Source: Macrostomum lignano (taxonomy: Eukaryota). Taken from it: 64,000 nucleotides of DNA. Both the position numbers and the translations under genes were made by a program. This document shows, in pieces, positions 46,770-59,055 of the stretch. Where the stretch lies: the NCBI GenBank assembly GCA_002269645.1, contig NIVC01002276.1, positions 57,651 through 121,650 of the forward strand, read 5' to 3'. How positions within the stretch are numbered: position 1 is the first letter of the stretch; each line of letters begins with the position of its first letter. The notes beneath the pieces were generated by a model, which was given only the letters and a program-made list of their open reading frames with translations, searched no databases and had not been told where the DNA came from.

Positions 46770-47452
46770 CTCTAGATCATGTAGTATATGCCCAAAAATT
46801 CAGGCATACATTGGCCTTGCATGTCAAAAGTAGGTATGCATAGTTGGTATGTATCATTCCTAAGAAAATAATGTCCATACACACCTGGTATGCACTTTAC
46901 TTTATAGAATCAATCACGTAAAAGTATTATTGTTTGTGAAGTAAAAAAGATAAAAAAGTTCATTTTTAATGTAAATATCAAGCTTTCTGGGTTTTTAAGC
47001 TTGTAAAAAAGCATTTAAACAAATTATTACATGTATAATTTTTTACTATAAATAGTATCATTGGAAAAGCAAAAAAATAACATTTCACAAAAAGGGTCCA
47101 TTATACAATTCATCAAAGTCATGTATTATCACAATGTAAAAAGGTCATTTATTATTGCAACCGGCAGAGTTTTGAGAATAGGCATGTACTCAATTTTTTG
47201 GCATGTATTTGTAGTTATTCAGTTTTTGTTTGGGCATATACCCATCATGATCTAGACTATGGGTGAGAATATATACTTTTAAAGCAATATGAGTTTTACT
47301 AATTTATAAAACAACTGTATTTTGTTGTTTTGGTGCTAAACCTTTAACATTAGCTCAAGTGCTTAGAAAGCCAGTTTGCAAAACAATATTCTCAATTAGA
47401 TATAGGAGAGTGAACTTAGAATTTCTCTACAAGCTGTTATGCATACATGTAC

Positions 47453-47600
47453 AACCTTGGGAATCACTCGGCTGTTTCTATTGGCAACATACACATGTAA
47501 GTCGCTATTGGCTGAGAGCAGTCACATGACTACTATTCTGTCCAATAGTGATTTACATGTGTGCATTACCAATAGAAACAGCAGGGTAAATCCCTAGGTT
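47453..47600. mobile_element. 148-bp imperfect palindrome (MITE-like hairpin)
   Basis: Arms AACCTTGGGAATCACTCGGCTGTTTCTATTGG... and ...CCAATAGAAACAGCAGGGTAAATCCCTAGGTT, centred on GTCACATGAC. Confidence 0.6.
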
Positions 47601-47945
47601 ATGCCCAAGCATGCTACTAGCTCGTATGGATACCCATAGCCTCTTCATAAGGGTGCAAAGAAAGCTGTCAATAGTTATTCTAAAACACTGAATTGCTATA
47701 TATATTGAGCCATTTTGCTTGAACCTAGTCTGAGAGGAAAGGAAATAAATGAATAGCCAATACTAGAAAAACCAGACAAACTTCACATGCATACAATTTC
47801 TATTCTAATTGAGTTACAGAGTTAAGACTGTATTCAAATAAAGAGTAATAAGTAGAATTGTCAAGTTGGAAGTCAATTGCTTCATATGGAGCAAAATTAT
47901 TGCAACCAAAAGTTAGTCATTTTCAAAACCCCTTTTATGCATCTA

Positions 47946-48270
47946 GCTGAATTCGATTTGTTTTGCCCCCAAACTGTTTTAGCCATAGATATTTTGCCCC
48001 TAGACCATTTTGCCTATAGTCCATTTTGCCCATAAACCAGTTTAGCTATAGGCATTTTGGCCAAAATGGTGATTATGTAATTTAAAGATGTAGCCATATA
48101 TGTATCTTTATTTTCTTTTTTCAATGAAAACTTTTAGTTTTAAATGTACAATAAAATATGATCTAAATTATTGCTACAACAATTGTGTTATTGCAATATT
48201 GTTTATTTACAATGTGAATTATTACAAGTTTTTTAAAAAGTTATACCTTTTAAAAGTGTGATAATCCCTA
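47946..48270. mobile_element. Partial second copy (inverted) of the 42339-43300 element
   Basis: Reverse complement of about 43020-43300, with most CpG converted to TpG/CpA. Confidence 0.65.
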
Positions 48271-50850
48271 TAGGAAAAAGTTGTAAAACCGCGGACAGTG
48301 TCCGGCAACTTTTGGAATTTTTCTAAAGCGCAGTGCGCGTACAGGCGCAGCACCTGCGCACGCGCTGCCCTTTCTTACTGGCTGCTGCTTTAGCAAATAC
48401 ATATATATGAAATGGGTATAATACCTCTGTGGAAGGGGCTTATACACTAATAAGCCCCTATTCTATGCTATTTGCTATTTGCTATTTGCTATTTGCTATT
48501 CTATTCAGTCAATATTGTAATTGTATGTACTTATCTCTTTCTTAGGCTGCACTAAAATATTCTGAAGTTCAAAAACCTTAACTGTATTCATTTGCATTTT
48601 GGGTATCTATCATTTAAACATTATAAATATAATATATAGCCCTACCAAAATTCCAAAAATGGCCTTTAAGTGCAAGTAGGTGCAAGTGCCTGGCAAAAAA
48701 CTCAACTTTTTTTCTCAAATGAATTTTAGGAAACTTTTTAGGAAAAATCTAGAAACAGTCAGGCAAAGACTGCCAAATAGACTGCTTAGCTAATAAAAAA
48801 GCACCAAAATATCAATTTTCAAAGCAAGAATTTTTGGAAGAAATTTTTTCTTGTGGAGGAAACTTTATAGTCAATACCAAGTGGCAACACTGGCTTAAGG
48901 CCATCAATTTATAGTGAAAAATGACTTGGTACTTGGACTTTTTCACTTTATGTAAAGGGTATTAAAACACAAATCACTACTTATAGTAACAAATTTAGGA
49001 TTTTTTACCTTAAATGTTTTGCAAATCTAATCTTTTTATATAAGAGCTCTTTTGAAATGTCTGTTTCCTTTTTATATGCATTATTTTAATTGTCTTGAGT
49101 TTTTTGAATTCTAAAATTGATTTACCCAGAACAAAATTACTTTTTAAATATCCTATATGTTGTTTTCACTTTGAATCATCTGCAGACTCACTCTTATCAT
49201 TGCCCTAATTCTCTAATTTTTGTACAATCAAGCATATGTGGCATTAGCAAAGCATTGATTCCTTTCTTGCAATATATCATAATCAGTAACCATAGTTGTA
49301 TGTGTTGGTAAGTGAACTCAAGTGAAGAAGTTGAAAAAGTTCTAAAAAATCGTTTACATTATTGACATTTTGATGTAAGTCTCAAGATTTGTTTCATTCT
49401 GAATTACATTAATTAACATTCTGCACTTTTATTCTATGGTTGCATACATACTTACTTATGGTGGAATACTTATTAAGCTGCTTACAATGGAAATCAATTT
49501 CTTTTGTTCCATTTTTTCTTATATGCTTTCTTTGCTTACTATTTTGCCCTTTCATATCTATTGTGCAGTCCATTCTTTAGGCTCGTCTCGTGCTTGTTAG
49601 TGTCATTGCTATCTTGTCTGTTTGGGGACAGCGCAGCTCAGAGGTAAACCAAGCGTAGGGGCCCAGCCAAGGTAAGTCACAAAAATGCTCAAATGCCCAA
49701 AATAGACGTAGTACTAATCAGTTACGTTACTCTTGCCGTTTACCCAAAATTACGTTCATCTTTGCTAAGTTTCTTTCATAGGTAAGTCGCATTTTTGGTA
49801 AACAACTAAGTCGCACGGCCAGTGTAAATCAGGGTTTAGCGCATGTATGTTTAGATATGGTAAGTGGATTAAGACGCTTCTTCTCTGCTGTTGCTTGCAT
49901 TAGTTACTCTTGCTAATCAAGATCAATACTTTGCTTTTAATTGAAGGATTAATTAGCTTCATTCGGCTATTGAGTCTTTTGCATGATTTAGAAAACAATC
50001 CTCCAGCGCAGTGTTTAATTAGGTATCTAATTATCATGCAATGGTCTGTTGCTAAGTACTGTCCCTATAATTTTATATTGATTGAAACTAGACGTTCATT
50101 AGCGATTTTAGCTTGATGAGTGCACTTTAAAAAAACTTGTTATATATACCTTTCTAATATATGAGTTACATTCCTTGTACCTTGTTTTGTATAGTTCTCA
50201 GCCACTACCTGTTGTTTTCTGACAGTCTGTGTAGTGGATCACGACGCAATCCGTGTTAAAAAACCTATGCATCTCTCGCCAGTATGTGCAGATCAGGCAG
50301 CGCTAATTAGGCGATATAATGTATGCTAGTACCCCTAATTCTACTATTAGCAGGTTAGTGCAAAGTACTAGCTTTTCACCTCTGCAGTTACAGCTAATCA
50401 CGCACGGGGTAGCCAATTAGTTTTTGTTAACTTTATCTGTCAGCTCAGTGGGTAAACCACACAGTCAATCGGCTTATTAACTGTGCCAATTTGAACTGTG
50501 TTTGCCTACAATCAATACGGATTAACAAACGATAAGGTTTAATGTGTTTCATCATCATTTATGCTGTTCAGTTCGAATTGACTGATAGTAATATATTCGT
50601 GCGTTATATTTGCTCTTTAACACAATTAAGCATGAAAATAGCACATTTTGGTCGGGAGAATTGCAAATAGGAGTGCTTAATATCATCTTTAACTTCATTT
50701 TGGATAGTAATTAATAACATTTTAGCAGTTTGTGACGAGAGTATTGTTCAATTTAGTCAATACTGTTCAGTAGGTAGCGTGCTTATATATTGATTTTACG
50801 AGCTATATTTTAAATGATGTTTAATGTCATCGGATGTTTAGATATATAAA

Positions 50851-51136
50851 TACTCAGCAACATTGAAAAGTCGCTACCCTTTGCCCCAGTGAGCAGTGTC
50901 TTTCGACCAGCGTCTTATCACCTGGCCAACTATTTTGATATTTTTAAAATGCTTGAAAAACAATGAAAACCTGGGCGGAAGCTTCAATCCATCCAATATT
51001 CGCCCTCCGCTCTTCTCAATCCCTCCTCACCCAGCCCAACTCTGCGTCGCGTGGCGCAAGTTGCGTCACTCAAAAGTCAATACTGAGCTATAATTACCGC
51101 GCTCTCTCAAAATGGTGACTTTTTAATGTTTGAGTA
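50851..51136. mobile_element. Tc1/mariner-type MITE
   Basis: TIRs TACTCAGCAACATTGAAAAGTCGC / reverse complement TACTCAAACATTAAAAAGTCAC; shares its first 12 bp with the adjacent Tc1 TIR. Confidence 0.6.
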
Positions 51137-51184
51137 TATTTTTTTCACTTAAACCCTTTTTGCAAAGCCTTTTGCTCAACTCTA

Positions 51185-51802
51185 TACTCAGCAACAGCTA
51201 AACCCCCCCCCAACTCACGCTGTCACACGGGTACAAAAGTTAAGCAATGTCTTTAATTCTAGTCTCAGTATCGTGTGTAGGAACCACGAGCATGCAAAAG
51301 TGCCGTGACTCGTCGTGGCATCCTGATCACCAGCCGGTTGATGAACTCTTGGGGCAGCTGCTGCCAGGCATTCAGCACCGCCAGTCGCAACTGTTCAGCA
51401 TTCTGTGGGGCATCCTGCTGAACTCTTCGCTTTACAAAGTCCCAGACATGCTCGATGGGGTTCATGTCTGGAGACTTTGACGGCCAGTTCAATGTGCGAA
51501 TGCCGAGCTGCTCCTTCAGCAGCTGCACGTGTGCTGCTCGATGTGGCGCAGCGTTGTCGTCTTGAAGAATGCATGCAGTTCTGCGGGACGCCAAAGGTTG
51601 TCGTAGCAAATGGCAGAAACTGCTGCTGTAGCAGCTCTGCATAGGTCTGCCCAGTTACATTCTGCTCCAGAATGACAAGCTCTGTTTTGCCATTCAGTGC
51701 GATGCCAGCCCAGGCGTGCAGTGAAACACCTTCTGAGTCGGCACAAAACTTTTGGGCCGTGTGACAGCGTGAGTTGGGGGGGGGTTCAGCTGTTGCTGAG
51801 TA
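51185..51802 (-). mobile_element. Internally deleted Tc1-family DNA transposon (618 bp) retaining the transposase C-terminus
   Basis: About 58-bp TIRs (TACTCAGCAACAGCT.AACCCCC..AACTCACGCTGTCACACGG) flanked by TA. ORF 51265-51642 contains LQDDNAAPH, WPSKSPDMNPIEHVW and GSYTRY*; an upstream frame gives WAGIALNGKTELV (frameshifted). Confidence 0.92.
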
Positions 51803-52034
51803 TATATCATCCTGTCTGGATAAAACATCTGGGTTTGGTCATAGAGAGTCTAATGTATTGCAAGCAAAATTCATGGACAAGACATGCGAAATTAATTTTG
51901 TCATAAAAAGTACGGTATACGAGTACTAATGTGGGTCAAATCTGTCCAGTTCATGATAGCGTATCAATGGCCTAGGCCTGAGCTCTTTCCAACAGAGAGG
52001 ACTGATTTGAAAGAAATTGATAGTATGCTTCCAT

Positions 52035-52361
52035 TGGATAATAAAAATAATACATAGTTGCAGGAAAGATATGCACATACAAACGCCAGGTTCTGTTCGG
52101 CGTGTCCTGCGACCAGAGCTAAGAGGCAGTTTTTTTTCATTCCGCTGACTTCTGAGCACATACAAGCGCGCCAATACTCTGCTCAGACATGCACTCATAC
52201 ACACGCATGTACACTCTGTGCCTTGGGGGGTGTTGGGTCCGATGGCGGTGAATCGCCAATTTTCGCACACACAAGCTCCAAATGAATGTGGTCACTCACG
52301 GAATCGAACCATGGGTTGTAGCGCAAGAGTCACACGCGTTTACCACTCAGCTGCTCTGCCC
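52035..52361 (-). mobile_element. tRNA-derived SINE, family A divergent-head subfamily
   Basis: Reverse complement GGGCAGAGCAGCTGAGTGGTAAACG (A box), GGTTCGATTCC (B box), and family body CCCCCCAAGGCACAGAGTGTACATGC..GCGCGCTTGTATGTGCTCAG. Confidence 0.75.
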
Positions 52362-52447
52362 AGTGCTTTCATAGAATGGACACACAGCATAAATTGATCA
52401 AATAATATTTAAGAAAAAATGCTCCACTTTGGGTTTTTATTCTACGT

Positions 52448-53001
52448 TTATGCCGGATTTCGCGCATAAAGCTTGCACTCGCATAGCACGAATGGGTCTA
52501 TAGTTGCTTGACGGCATCGCAACAGTCGGTCCCGATCTGATGACGAAGCCGAAGGCTCTAACGCGAATGATGCACTTCTCCGTTTCGCTCGTAGCCTTGC
52601 ACCTGTTGCGTAGTAGATGTAGCGCGGATCTGACGGCTTTAATGGTGGCATTTGGCTTGTATCGCCTTCTACCTCTGTGGCCGGAGCTGTGCACTGCGCC
52701 TGGCCAAAGCATAAAAGCCGTAGGCAGTTGCAAGCTGTGCCATCGGCACTATTGCAGTCTGCTAGTACTCGGTAAACTGGTCGTTTCAAGTGCTCAACAA
52801 CTCGGACCTCGTCGTACTCTGCAAAATTCACGTTTTGGCTTTGAGCAGCTATTGCTGCTGCTGCGACTGCCGCCGCTTGTTTATCGGCGTGCGGCAGAGT
52901 TGCCGATCTCTTCTCTTTGACGCCGAACTTGCGTTGCAAACGTTTTACATCTGAGTGGCCGAGCTTGCCATTGCTTTCGTCGTCGCTTGTTATTTCCTCG
53001 T
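52448..53001 (-). CDS. Putative terminal exon of an unidentified Cys-containing protein
   Basis: Pyrimidine-rich acceptor (ctcattcccattgacag|) at 53001 and 184 open non-repetitive GC-rich codons (EEITSDDESNGK...ADCNSADGTACNCLRLLC...CECKLYARNPA*). Upstream exons not resolved. Confidence 0.5.
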
Positions 53002-56000
53002 CTGTCAATGGGAATGAGTTCAGAGAAAAAAATGAGGATTGAGATTTGATTAGTTATAGTGGCAAGGAGTCAGTAATGCCTTGAATTTTTAATTGCTCTC
53101 TTTGCCATTGGGATTTGTCCCACATAGGTGATGAGTTGCACGACCAGTTCCAGTGCTTGTCTAAGCTACTCTGTTACAATGATGATTGACGAGATGAAGC
53201 TGAATGGTATCCACAAAAGGGTCCTTAAGTCTTCATGAAATTAAGTTGTCAGCAATTTCATACGTTACACCATGAAATCGATAAATCTACCCCAAGTTCT
53301 GCATAGTTGCGTTAAAAAAAAACAGACGAATTGCGCTGCGAAGCTCAAGAGTAGTGACCTTAACATTTATCAATTTCTTCGAAAAATATAAACAAAGGCA
53401 AATGAAATTTCGCTTGTTTGATCAAGAGCGTCTAAACTTGATTGGAAGGTATTTGTTTATCAATAACCAAATTCACACGTACTTTTTGCCGTCAAGCATA
53501 AAGCATTCGTGCAAGTCAGTCAGTAACTCTAAGTCTCGTTGCTTGTGAAGCTTAGTCTTCATCATTCATGCATCAGTGCACTGTCCGATTGCATTTATTA
53601 TAGCATTTATTTATATATTCTGTATTTGGTCAATATATTGAGTGGAATTCTACAGAGTAAAGGAAATGAGCTACTAAAGGTCTTTCCATTTCTGCTCAAA
53701 GCTTTATAATATTAAGCGAATCAGCTTTTTTAGAAACCCTTTCCACTACCCAACTTCAGCTTTTATGACGCTAGATTATTGAAAGCGTGCTCTAAGCAGA
53801 CTAGATTGATTTTTAAAAAACCTGATCTATAAGTTAGAAAAACTGGGCAAATTGTGGTCAACACGAAGTAAATTGGAACCAATTTAGACAGCAGAAACGA
53901 TTTGAAATAATTGTCGAAATCAATTCTGCAGACTGGTTTTGCATCTTCTAATGTTCGAACTGTCGTCCATCCCTGGAGCACACCATGGCGCTGCATGCCT
54001 AGTCATGAGAGACATATTGCCAACCCGGTGGCCGATAAATTCAACTACCAGGATAGGCTGATTAGTATAGATTGAGTTGCCAGCTGCTTCTTATTATTAT
54101 GGGCCTTGCGCTGCCCCCAAGTCTGGTGGAATGAAGTGGAATTGAGGATGCAATGGCAGAGTGGCGAGGGGGCCGGACTGGGTTCTGTGCGTCATTAACA
54201 TGGAATGGAGTTCGAGTGACGAAGCCGAGCGATTAGGGAAGCATAGCATGGAGCTGAGCGGAACACGAAAATGCGTTAGAAGCTATGCAATACTGTGCCG
54301 GGGTAGCAGGGCGCCTAGCTTGCTCGCACTGGGACTTCGTTAGTAGCTACTCGTTTTTTTCCGAGCAGAAGGTCTCCCTTGATTAGCCTCGCCGGTTTCC
54401 AATCCCTATAGATTCGGCTCTCTATCCTCTCCTTTAATCATCCCCTGCCGCCCCTGTCGACAAGTCTGCGCCGTGGAACCATTTTAATTTGCGGGATTCA
54501 AAAAGAAGCAAAAAGCATAGGTAAGGAGTATAGACACGAATGGAAAGGGAATAAGTGGAATTTTAGGCATAGCAATTGTACTGCGAATTTTCTGCGCTTG
54601 ATTTCTTCTCTTCCCTTACTCAATCTTTTTTCTCTTCTCTTTTAGGCAATCCTTATAAGTCGTGTCTGTCTGTCTTCTGCCGTTGCAAAGTCATTGGGTT
54701 AGATCAGTAAGATAAGGGGTGGCGCTGAGGGAAACCAAGAAGCTAAATTAGCCCTTCCCGTATGCTGGCACGTCGTCACCCAATTTCTTTTCCTTCTCCA
54801 GTTACTCTTGCCCTAGGCTACCTACTCTACTCACTTTCTTTCCCCCTAGCCGCGCCCCGCGGGTTGCTTTTTGCCCGGAGGGCGATTTCGCCTCCTTTTT
54901 ATATAATCGTGCGCTCCTTACCACGAAGAGTCTTTACCGTTTATCTCGTCTCCTACCTACCGGCTTCTTAATCTCTGCGACTATGTTTTATTTATAAATG
55001 CTTAGTATGTAGTAGATTTTCCTTAGTTTTGTTTTGTCAGATTATAATGTATTGTCGTATTTATAAAGGTGTTGAATATGCTGTTAGTGAGTGTATTTAT
55101 TTCCAATGCCACCATCGCCCTTCTATACTTTTTAAACGAAGTATTTGCAGCATCTACGTTGTAGGCCTGTAGGCCCATTTCTAGTGCGTAAGTGTATAGC
55201 TCACTTGGCTAATTCCTGCCCAGTTTCGGGTATCGGATTTCCATCATAGTTTTTCAGTTAGTAGGTTCTTGTTGGAGCCTTTACTTATTCGTTTGTTTTG
55301 CTATACTGTTTTACTCTCGGCAAGTGCTTCCTATAAGCTTGGGAACCCATTTTCTAACCAAGTTTTGGTTATCTTCTATTACTGCTTGGCATGCCTGGGT
55401 TGGGACGATTTTGCCCGAGTGATAACGGTGTTTACAAACAGCAACGGTTAGGAGGAAGCGGGCATATTTGCAGCTGTGTAGTGATAGCTAATCGTAACCT
55501 TGGATCACGAGGCACTGATGTTTGCTGGTTAGTGGTGTAGTCTTTGTCAAGCTCGGCTCCCTCTGAGTCTTGACTGGATTCGACCCCCTCGCGGCTTCTG
55601 GTTGAGCCAACGAGGACGAGGTTCTGTGAAAGTAGAACGTCCCACAGAGAGTTGTGATTTGAGAAATGCTAGCTAATGTACAGAGGTTGACTAGAATTCA
55701 AGAAAAAATTACTCATTCAAAGCTATCAATAAAACAAATTTTACTCACATATATTGATGAATCCGAGGGTTCCAAGAAATAGAAACAGGTTTGCCGCTCT
55801 CATGACGCGACACTCCGATATAAATTGTTGTTTTTATTTGTCCGTATTTTACAATGCTTACTTAAGCTTCATCGGCTCTCAGCAGCTTGCGGCGGTGCAG
55901 TCTAACAGCAGCTTGGTCAATTCTGGGTAGCTGGGCTAGTCGTTTAGCCTTGCTCTAACTGACCAGTCCCTAAGTTTTCAGTGCTATTTTTTATCGCTCA

Positions 56001-59000
56001 GTGGTGTGCGCACGCGGAAATGGGTGCGTTCTGGAGATTTTCAAGCTTAAAGCTAGAGAGAGAGAGGTGTAGGTTGGCTTTGGAGGCTAGCAGCTTGAGT
56101 ATGAAAATCCGATTGGGAAACGCGAGTTATCGATTTGCTTTAACCCGGACGCACTATAACCCCCGAGGACGGCTGTATAGCTATTTTGTCAGCGCGCAGT
56201 TAAGGAGCCTATGCACTATTTTCTCTCTGAGCTTTGCGCTGTATGTTAGTCTGCGCACACTGCCTGTAGACAGATAATGCTTGCCAGTGCTGCTGTTGCT
56301 TTCGCTCTGTTTCCTCTCTCCTTTTGTCAAGCTGACGCGTACCTTTATAAAAATGAAGCTCGTGCACGTTTTGAGCCTGCTGGGGATTATTTTTTGGAGA
56401 GAGAGAGGCTGGGTTAACAGTTAAGGCGGCTAAGAGAATGCCTCTCTTACGTTGTGAGTACGTTGCGTGACTCTTAGTGGGGCCGATCTACAAAAAATAA
56501 GAGAAACGGGACTAAATTGAAATCTGCTCCTTGTGTTGGACAAAATGGTGTCCGGCGTTAGAAGGTTCTCAACTTAGTCGCTCTAATTTAGAATTCCGAG
56601 AGTTCTTTTTAGTCCAATTGTGCTCCGTCCGGAGACGAATGCTTGATTACTTAGTCTCATCAGTTTTCTCCGCTCTCAGTTGGCTGGAGTCGGATGCAAT
56701 GACGCCTTGTTTGTCTCCTATTTGCTAGTGCAGTTCTGGCCAACCAACGTCGGTGCTTCATTTCAGCACAAGTAATCTGCCTTCAGTGCTCCGATCGGGG
56801 TAGTGCAGAACGATAATAAAGCTTCTTGGTTTCAATCTTTGGAATGAAGACGTCGCTGCGTTGACTAACTTGCTAAAATGTTAATGCCTCTCAGGCGAGA
56901 GAAAGCAAGATTGTCTGCGTGCGTGAATTAGACAGGATTGAGAGTGGGATCTTAAGTTGAAGGATCTTAAAATAGATTAGTACTTGTGGTCGTCTGGAGT
57001 GCTGAATCCGTGGACTCTAATTTGATGCAAAACACTGGCAATGTTTTCACGAAAGAATATTTCTTAGAAATATTTCGACCTTGTCTTCAATCATGATGCT
57101 ATAGACTTGCATTTAAATCGAAGCATATAAATAAGATTATAATAATCAGTTATGATTATTCGATACTAAGCTAAAATACTGTTCTGACTGGATGTATCCT
57201 ATCGAAGTAGATAATTGGTCAATGTCAAATCCAATACGCAATGAATAAGAGGAACTTGCTCACTCGGGAAATGCAGCGTGGACTGTCGCTGAAAAAAGGC
57301 AAATATTCGTAAATGGACATTCTGTTAAGCAACAGTCTTTATTATATTATGAGAGGTCAGTTCTCCAAACTGAGTAGAGCCCAGAAATTTGACTGACTAG
57401 GGACCAGAGAAATTTTATTTAGCCAGAATTGCCATCTAGGATTCTGTTCTCCCCCTCTCTCAACCCAGTTCTGCGAAATTCCCAAATACTCTGCGGAATT
57501 GTCAGCCAGCCTGTTCGCCTGGCCTCTCCACTCGAGCTGCCGCCTCTTGCCGCTGACCCCTTTTGGCTACTTTAATTTCCCGCGACTCTGGTCGGGGTCG
57601 AGGGGTTTTTTAATGATGAACCTTGTGCAGCTGGGGCGACTCCGGTCGTTTAACGACATAGCCTGCGTGGCGCTGAGGTCCCGCATTCACCAGCCAGCAG
57701 CCTCTACCTCACCCCATTATGCTGATGAATGCTCCAGAAGGCTCGGGAGTCGAATTTGGCTTCTATGGGTTCAGATAAAAGTGGGAGGCAGGGAGGGATG
57801 AATGGAGAGAAAGCCTCGGTAAAGGCTTCTCATCTCGATCTGCTGGCAGCTGTGCTGCACACCCTTGTCAGAGAGTGCCTATAGTAGCTGGCCCCGTGAT
57901 GAACGCGGGGAATTGCGCTCGGAAGGTTAATGCGATGGGGCGTCGGTCCCTATGGACTACGGCGGCTTTGCGTAGCTAGCTATATTTTATGCTTGGTTGG
58001 AGAATTTGGAATGGACGAAATTGACTAGCTATCCCATCTCCGTCGCGTTCCTTTCCCCTCTCTGTCTTCCTCTCACCCATTTTTGCACGTATGTCGATGT
58101 GCAGCAAGCGGAGCAGTTCGGCATTTTCCTTTGCGTTTTTGTGTCATAGCGCGTGTTATAACACATCAACTTTCATTTTGGCCTTCTGAATTTAGACCCA
58201 GATCTTGCTGATTGTTGTTAGAAAAATAAGCTAGTTAGAATCGATTTTCGGAAGTCTTTCATCGAAGCTTTGATGCTACACATAGAAGTCTAACTAAAGG
58301 AAAAGGACCTAAACAGAGAAAATGCATTTATTCGTCCATCCTTGATTGTTGGACCGTGCGTGATCGTCTTTAAAAGAAAGTTGATGTATAGAATTATACA
58401 CGCCTGATTATTATGCATATATTATTTAGTAGCGCCTTCATAGACACTTAGGTAACCCAGAATCCAGTAGCGCCTCATCATAGTCATTGGAGCATGCTGA
58501 GCTTAGCTACTGAGCGATGACGCATCGGTCAGTTTGGACCTGGAGGGCCCGGCTTTTAGTTGCCAAGCAGAAAGTGGCTGGTTTGGTTACGTCGACTCTC
58601 TCTCGCTTCCCATCCTTTCCTGTCTCCCTATTTTACTGTGACTACTGTATAAGTTGATTAAGTCTGACAGCTCTTCTTTCCAACTGTGGGAAACTGCCTA
58701 GCAGCTTGGCATATCCTCTTGCGACTTTATTGCTTTCCCGTCTCTTATCCTTTTTTTCAATTCTCTATACCTATCTTCGCTCAGCTCACACTGTCTTCTG
58801 TGTTTTTATAATCATCCCATTTTCCCTAGTAAACGCTAGCAACTTGTTTATAAAAAGGAGGCGCACTCGCCTTACCTTTGATTAATTAATGAATTCTCTT
58901 GCTAATAGGTAAAATGAGTTGAGTAGCTATTAGGAGCAAACATGTTAAATACTGATGACTGTAACTATACTCATTTCAGCCTAAAATACTGCTTCAGACA

Positions 59001-59055
59001 TCAAATAATATATATTAAATATCGAATACTTTGGAAAGACTGCCAGCAGAACAAA

